A DNA stretch of 64,000 nt from Burkholderiales bacterium (lineage in GTDB: Bacteria; Pseudomonadota; Gammaproteobacteria; Burkholderiales; SG8-41), in the NCBI GenBank assembly GCA_019751125.1, contig JAIENU010000083.1, positions 12,621 through 76,620 of the forward strand, in the 5' to 3' direction. The notes beneath the pieces are model-generated. The model did no database searches. It saw nothing but the letters and a program-made list of their open reading frames with translations, and was not told the DNA's origin. Each line of letters starts with the position of its first letter. Position 1 is the first letter of the stretch. The translations under genes and the position numbers were made by a program. This document shows positions 63,002 to 64,000 of the stretch, piece after piece.

Positions 63002-64000
63002 ATATTGAGTATCGCCCCGTCACCGGCCCTGAAGGTATCGATCACCGAGCCGCTGCCACTGGGCAGCGGACGCGGCGTGCCGTCAAAACGCATGAAGTTC
63101 GGCACCACATCGAGCAGACGTACACGATCCGTCACTACCGCGGCATTGCCAGCCGCGACATCCACCGACTCCTCATCCTTGGTCACGCGCACCGCGCCGT
63201 CACGGACCCAGACGTAGAGGCCTTCTTCAACGGCTTTGTCCGTGCTGCCGAATATATTGTCCGCAGCCTTGATCGTAGGCAATGTTGTCAGACCGGGCAC
63301 ACGCACCGGACTGCCGGTTGAAGCCAGCATCTCGCCTGCACGCACGCGGCCACGGCCGACGATTTCGACCTCGCCTTCGGTCACTGCCACACTGGCCGGT
63401 TTGTTGTCCGCGTTGTCGGGATAACTCACGTTGGTCTTGCCGTCGGGGGCGCGATGCGTGACCTGCACGGTACCGGGTTTATCCGGACCCAGCGAAATCA
63501 GCGGACCACCGACGGCGGGAACAGGGCCGGGAAAAACCATGGGATCAACAAACATCACGTTAAAGGTTAAGGTCGTGGTCGTACCTTCAGGTCCGGCAAT
63601 TTCGGTGCGTGTCACAGTGCCGCCGGTGGATCTGCCGCCATGGGCGGTATTGACCACACTCACCACAGTTTCCACCCAGGTGGTGATCACGCGATCACCG
63701 ACACGGGTCACCGCCGGCTCGCCGGGCAAGGTCTGCAGCATGCCCGGCGGAAGAACGGTATCAGGCGCCCCCACAACGGCGATCAGGCCACCGGTAATAT
63801 CGTAGGAACGCACTGAATCGGCGGTGTCTTTCAGCTTGGCTTCGGCCGCACGACCGGCCGCTTCCGCGTCGGCGCGCACCTTGGCGTCAACCTCCGCTTT
63901 CGCGTCCACCAGTTTGTCGTCGACGGTTTTGGCTTCATTCACCGCAGCACGAACATCCTTTCTGGCCGCCCTTCGGTCTCTGTTCACCTCATCCTTGGTC
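62986..64000 (-). CDS. Partial (C-terminal 338 codons) protein upstream of the TpsB: coiled-coil segment + Thr/Val/Gly-rich beta region; candidate secreted partner
   Basis: The frame stays open to the window edge ('..TKDEVNRDRRAARKD..'), so the GTG at 63987 is probably not the true start. A coiled-coil-like stretch reads 'VDAKAEVDAKVRADAEAAGRAAEAKLKD'. The beta-rich body contains 'GTVTRTEIAGPEGTTTTLTF'. The C-terminal part, 'EGLYVWVRDGAVRVTKDEESVDVAAGNAAVV', is reminiscent of FecR-type beta domains by eye only. Its stop overlaps the tpsB start by 16 nt. Confidence 0.5.
   Translation of the reverse strand, partial: TKDEVNRDRRAARKDVRAAVNEAKTVDDKLVDAKAEVDAKVRADAEAAGRAAEAKLKDTADSVRSYDITGGLIAVVGAPDTVLPPGMLQTLPGEPAVTRVGDRVITTWVETVVSVVNTAHGGRSTGGTVTRTEIAGPEGTTTTLTFNVMFVDPMVFPGPVPAVGGPLISLGPDKPGTVQVTHRAPDGKTNVSYPDNADNKPASVAVTEGEVEIVGRGRVRAGEMLASTGSPVRVPGLTTLPTIKAADNIFGSTDKAVEEGLYVWVRDGAVRVTKDEESVDVAAGNAAVVTDRVRLLDVVPNFMRFDGTPRPLPSGSGSVIDTFRAGDGAILNMCSIR

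Noticed and set aside
1-64000. CRISPR arrays, tRNA/rRNA genes, integrases, transposases, prophage genes, toxin-antitoxin pairs, restriction-modification or other known defence systems.
   Set aside because: I found none on either strand. There are no regularly spaced direct repeats, no cloverleaf-capable segments in the few intergenic regions, and no recombinase or defence motifs among the ORF products. The only mobile-looking element is the DUF559 cassette.

Overview
High-GC (about two-thirds G+C by eye) chromosomal segment. It reads like a betaproteobacterium, Burkholderiales/Rhodocyclales-like, judging by gene content and the many Bug/TctC-type solute receptors; this is a guess, not a search result. 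About 55 genes are packed tightly. I found no rRNA, tRNA, CRISPR array, integrase or transposase.

Most of the window is core metabolism and housekeeping:
- Orn/Lys/Arg decarboxylase, apbC, metG, dnaE, a gltIJKL-like amino-acid ABC importer and argE.
- A DppABC-like importer with no ATPase genes.
- rhlE, typA/bipA, a DMT transporter, a group II truncated haemoglobin and tamAB.
- Malonyl-CoA decarboxylase, an IlvD/Edd dehydratase, an enoyl-CoA hydratase and class II RNR nrdJ.

Regions worth a second look:
1. **TPS-like operon at the right edge (58.1-64.0 kb).** A partial exoprotein-like gene is followed by a ShlB/FhaC-type transporter, three tandem paralogs of a CPCC-zinc-ribbon + 4TM fusion protein, and a small 3TM protein. 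This is my best candidate for an undescribed system.
2. **Molybdenum-hydroxylase cluster (31.0-38.7 kb).** A CoxG/M/L/S-like set plus a UbiD-family decarboxylase is bracketed by two Bug receptors. The substrate is unknown.
3. **624-aa membrane-anchored orphan protein.** It has an internal duplication and sits where the ABC ATPases would be expected.
4. **DUF559 mini-cassette.** It is lower in GC, flanked by imperfect inverted repeats, and pushed against the start of an ABC binding-protein gene.
5. **Low-GC block inside metG (about 470 bp).**
6. **Three-gene envelope signalling module.** It comprises a cyclase-homology/PEGA protein, a lipoprotein and a tail-anchored Ser/Thr kinase.
7. **Bacterial SET-domain protein.** It is translationally coupled to the dehydratase.
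8. **Frameshifted Bug receptor gene.**

All functional calls rest on motif and family recognition by eye. No searches were run.
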